Positions 55,500-64,000 of a stretch of 64,000 nt of DNA are shown here, in pieces (the stretch's first letter is position 1; each line of letters opens with the position of its first letter). The stretch comes from Eledone cirrhosa. Lineage: Eukaryota. The stretch lies in the NCBI GenBank assembly GCA_964016885.1, contig OZ024747.1, positions 48,856,001 through 48,920,000 of the forward strand, given 5' to 3'. The notes beneath the pieces are model-generated. The model made no database searches. It saw nothing but the letters and a program-made list of their open reading frames with translations, and had not been told where the DNA came from. The translations under genes and the position numbers were made by a program.

Positions 55500-55624
55500 A
55501 TGCTTTGCGAGAGCCATGTTGCCAATAAGAAACACACGCACCAGTTGCTTTCACTCCAATTTATTATAAATTAAATTTATAAATTTAAGAATTTATAAAT
55601 TTTCGATTGGTTGGTTCATATAGT

Positions 55625-55667
55625 GTCAAAGTTCTTTCGTCACACATTCTGTGACCTCTTCAGTGAC
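55625..55667 (-). ncRNA. Minimal type-I hammerhead motif in PLE pLTR
   Basis: GTCA-CTGAAGA-G-GTCACA gaatg TGTGAC-GAAA-GAAC-T-T-TGAC. Confidence 0.75.
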
Positions 55668-55866
55668 TGGGGATTCTTTTCTTTGTTTTTGTGCCTCTCC
55701 TTTGTTCTGTCCTACGCCATCTTGTTTTTGTGTGTGTTGTGTGCTTAGTTTGCGCATGTGTTACATCCGGGTGTCTGTGTGTGTTTATATTTGTTTATTT
55801 ATTTGTTTATTTACATGTTACTGGTTGGTTGTTTGTTCTATGTGCGTGTGTGTTTTCATTTTGTCC

Positions 55867-56430
55867 TTAATTGTAAGTTATGATGTTGCTATTCCATTCA
55901 TGTTTTCTATTTAATTTTGGTTGGAGTTCTTTTATGTTTATTGCCTCAGTGATTTGTCTAAACATTGCGTCTTTTCTGTGTGTAGATTCTATTTTTATTT
56001 CTATGTTCTCTAATTTGCCCTTATGTTCTATTTTAGCATGTTGGTGGAGTACAAAGATTCTTTTCTATCTTGAAGTTCTCGCCAGTGTTCATTTAACCGT
56101 TCTCCTACACTACGAGCTGTCTCACCTATGTACAATATATTCTTATCTTTACATTGTCCTTCAGTACATCTTATGCTATATACTACATTTCTACTTTTAC
56201 AGTTAATATGGGGGCTTAGTTTACAGATTATACATTTCTTATCTATGCAGGGAAGTCTTTGGAAAGGGTATGTATTGCTAATGAGTGTTTTTATGGAGGT
56301 ATCTGGTCTTTCTACTATCTTAATATTAAGTTTATGTTTATCTAGGGGCCCTTCTAAATTTGTTAGCTAGGGGTTGTATTGATGAATATTACACTCTGGT
56401 ATTTATTGCTATCATACCATGAGTTTATTC
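55867..56430 (-). pseudogene. PLE Cys-linker plus GIY-YIG endonuclease, frameshifted
   Basis: [66 protein letters not shown] / H..H..RQITEAINIKELQPKLNRKHEW..stop. Not in the ORF track. Confidence 0.85.
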
Positions 56431-56497
56431 TATTAACCTTATTCATAGTCCCTATAGAAAGACCTAGGAATGTATATATGTATATATATATATACGT

Positions 56498-60097
<3,600 letters not shown>

Positions 60098-60455
60098 AAT
60101 CGGCTGTTTGATTTTTTCTGTTTGTCTGACTGACGGTCGATCGGTGGAAACCACCACATATTCGTTGAATCGGAAATATCTTTCGCGATTTTTTATGGCT
60201 TTTTTCGTGACAATACCTACATTTTTTAGCACTAAATTATTAATAACAATATACAGTATTTGCCGACCTATTGAACGCCCCTTCGCATAAGACGGTCCCT
60301 CTTATATTATATTTTATGTCATATTTTGACGTTTATAGGCATTTTTTTATGTACCACGTCCAATAACTGCGGTTTTTCACTCTTCCCGGGTGCTCTAGAA
60401 ACAGAATACCCGGGGACAAATAATTCAACTTTATTTTATGTGTGTGTGTGTGTAT

Positions 60456-60526
<71 letters not shown>

Positions 60527-60626
60527 ACCCCCCACTCTCAAGTGTGAAGCTAATATTAACATTTGTACTCCCTCTTCGCTTCCACATTGTTTTTTTTTTG
60601 TTTTGTTTTTTCTGTTTACTGTCTCA

Positions 60627-60672
<46 letters not shown>

Positions 60673-60673
<1 letters not shown>

Positions 60674-61192
60674 GGGAAAAAAGATGAAATCGAAAATGCA
60701 ACTGGAGTCTTCTTTTTTTTAAATATATATCCATTTGGTTCCTTTACCGGTTTCGCAGTTCTTCTGCTTTTCAAAAGTAGAGTTGAGATGGATGGTCTGT
60801 GGTTTTTCTCACATCTGGTTGGTCTTTGAATGTTACTTCTGTTTTATATGGAAAAAAGTGGCTCGAAATGCCAGGTTTTTAGAGAAGTAATTTGGTTGTT
60901 TGGTGTATAAGTAAAATAAATTTCGCGTCAGTTCGCGTTACAAAGTTCTTCAAACAAAGGGGGGAGGCTCAGGTTGTTTTTTCCTATATGAGTGAAGTTT
61001 CGTTGGTTGATGCAGTCACGTTGGTTGATGCAGTTCATCAGCTTTTGCGCCAGTTTGTGTTTGAATTTCTTTTTACTAAAAAAAAAAGTGACTCACGAAG
61101 GCTTTTTTTATGAATCTAATTTGATTGGTTATAAATGAAATTATGACTGTCACGTGAACAAGTACATTAAATTTCGCGCCCGTATTTGGGAA
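60673..61192 (-). mobile_element. Family R element; HHR variant at 60742-60777
   Basis: Reverse complement of 37010-37478, flanked by (TA)n. Confidence 0.7.
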
Positions 61193-61214
61193 TTTATTTT
61201 GTAGTCTATATATA

Positions 61215-61326
<112 letters not shown>

Positions 61327-61495
61327 TCTATATATATATACATATACACACACATGCAAGACAATGAAGTGAAAGCCAATATGAACACGTCCACATGAAA
61401 GTGAGCAGTGTATCGTGTGATTAACTTTTATTGATGATAATGTATCAGAAGCCAATCTTTTCCCTATCTCACATGCTATGATTCACACACACACA

Positions 61496-61537
<42 letters not shown>

Positions 61538-62094
61538 TGTGTGTGTGTGTGTGTGTGTGAGCATGACAGATTAATTCTATTTGTATTTCAAAGTGCGAGG
61601 GACACACTATGCCACGTCCCTGGAAATTACTTTGAATGTACACGTGTTCTTAGAATGCTCGGCCACCCACATGTTAGTTTTACAACAACAATTGGAACAT
61701 TTATCCCCAAAAGCACTTTCATTCAATTCCAATAAACATTTCACTCCCATCAATTCTAATGTAATTAGATGAGCGCAGTTTTAATTTCGTTCTTTTTATT
61801 TGTATTTGTAGACAATGAATTCAAATTTGCCATCACAGCAATTTGACAATTCGGAGGTTCCCAACCGAACAAAAATAAGATTTATTCGCCTACTATAATA
61901 TTTCCGCTTTGTTAAGGAGTGTACATTTGCACGAAACCAGAGATCTCAGCGTCCGGAAGGAATTGTTAATATATTTTCGTTGTTCTTTCTTTACACACAC
62001 ACTCACTCACATACATACAGTCTTACACACACACAGATACACATACGGTTTCACACATGCACATACCCCCCTCGCCCCGTATATATATATATAT

Positions 62095-62549
62095 ATTTTG
62101 TCCTTAATTGTAAGTTGTGATGTTGCTGTTCCATTCATGAATGGAACAGCAACATCACAACTTACAATTAAGGACAAAATGAAAACACACACACACATAG
62201 AACAAACAACCAACCAGTAACATGTAAATAAACAAATAAATAAACAAATATAAACACACACAGACACCCGGATGTAACACATGCGCAAACTCAGCACACA
62301 ACACACACAAAAACAAGATGGCGTAGGACAGAACAAAGGAGAGGCACACAAACAATGAAAAGAATTCCCAGTCACGGAAGAGGTCACAGAATATGTGACG
62401 AAAGAACTTTGACAATATATAAACAATCATCTGGTTGTGGAACCAACCAACCAACCGGAAATTTATAAATTTATTATAATAAATTGAAGTGAAAGCAACT
62501 GGTGCGTGTGTATCTTATTGGGAACATGACCCTCCCAAAGTATAACAAT
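62095..62549 (+). mobile_element. Family O PLE pLTR with a perfect 43-bp loopless 5' fold-back
   Basis: Arms 62095-62137 and 62138-62180. The HHR core is mutated to CGGAAGA (62375-62381). (TA)n on both sides. Confidence 0.85.
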
Positions 62550-63069
62550 ATATATATATATATATATATATAACTTTGTTAATTTATCAGCGGATTTCGC
62601 CTAATCAATAACCAATCGATCGACAGAATTAGACTCCAGTCCGTGCCGGCTATGGCTGTTTGTGACAGCCAGCACAGTAAAGCGATTAGCAACTGGAATC
62701 TCTACGCATCACAATGCTGTCCCCTGATTGGCTACCGATTTATAAATGTACGTGATGGTAGGAGACGAAAATTCAAATAGTGCGATAGTAACTATGGTAG
62801 TTCCTACAACCTTTTCCGGACATTAAATTCCAACCAGCGAATTAATTTGTTTTGCAAGATTTCATATCTGAAAACGTGTGTTCAAACAGATATTGTTATA
62901 CATTGGGCGGGTCATGCTGCCAATAAAAACACACACACACACACCTGTTGGTTTTAACTTCAATTTATGATAAATTTCCGGTTAGCTGGTATCCGCTTCC
63001 GCATATTTTGTATCTATCTCTATAGTTAATTTAGCTAGCAATCAATATTTATCATTGATTAACCAACAG

Positions 63070-63246
<177 letters not shown>

Positions 63247-63247
63247 C

Positions 63248-63345
<98 letters not shown>

Positions 63346-63580
63346 TATATATATATATATATGTAAAAGGGCGGTGGTATGGCAGTATCGGTAGAGTGTC
63401 AGACACCATGCTTTGCAGCATAGAGTTATGGCCCTTTGTGTTCTGAGTTCAAATCTGCCGAGGCTAACTTTGCCTTTCATCCTTACGGGGTCGATAAAAT
63501 AAAGTACCAGTAATGCACTGGTGTAATCACTGGCCTTGTGTCAAAAGTAGAAACCATATATATAGGAGAAACAATAGTAT

Positions 63581-64000
63581 CACTGATGATGTCAAAGGTG
63601 TTTGGCACTGATGATGTCAAAGGTGTTTGACACTGATGATGTCAAAGGTCTTTGACACTGATGATGTCAAGGGTGTTTGACACTGATGATGTCAAAAATG
63701 TTTGACACTGATGATTTCAAAGGTGCTTGACACTGATGATGTCGAAGGTGTTTGACACTGGTGATGTCAAAGGTGTTTGACACTGATGATGTCAAAGGTG
63801 TTTGACACTGATGATGTCAAAGGTGTTTGACACTGATGATGTCAAAGGTGTTTGACACTGATGATATCAAAGGTGTTTGACACTGATGATGCCAAAGGTG
63901 TTTGACATTGATGGTGTCAAAGGTGTTTGACACTGATGATGTCAAAGGTGTTTGACACTGATGATATCAAAGGTGTTTGACACTGATGATGTCAAAGGTG
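63581..64000 (+). repeat. 25-bp minisatellite (CACTGATGATGTCAAAGGTGTTTGA)n, ~17 units, running off the window
   Basis: Direct reading. Each unit is CTGATGA plus the hairpin TGTCAAA-GGTG-TTTGACA. Confidence 0.95.

Larger units (their letters stand above)
55496..56470 (-). mobile_element. Penelope-like element 3' end (family O): GIY-YIG endonuclease remnant plus HHR-bearing pLTR, in TA-rich tracts
   Basis: Manual translation of the minus strand and an HHR at 55625-55667. Confidence 0.85.

Overview
AT-rich, microsatellite-dense animal DNA that is almost entirely repetitive. The SINE and LINE families and the (TA)n/(CA)n density suggest a cephalopod such as Octopus (inference). I found no host protein-coding exon, and most ORF-track entries are translated microsatellites. 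Recognisable mobile elements are a near-intact R4/Dong-type RLE LINE (22551-26358), a degenerate L1/Tx1 LINE, CR1-group, RTE and CRE fragments, an internally deleted mariner, a decayed hAT, two tRNA-derived SINE families and three minisatellites. The most striking signal is not in the ORF track. More than a dozen short, mutually unrelated elements sit in or next to (TA)n tracts, many as fold-back inverted repeats. They carry minimal type-I hammerhead ribozyme (HHR) motifs (stem I-CTGANGA-stem II-GAAA-palindromic stem III-NUH-stem I), and many share a GAGTRCT motif in the 3' tail. One family is physically linked to a frameshifted GIY-YIG endonuclease remnant (55867-56470, minus), which identifies these as Penelope-like element (PLE) pLTR derivatives. 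The satellite at the window end is a tandem amplification of an HHR 5' core plus stem II.
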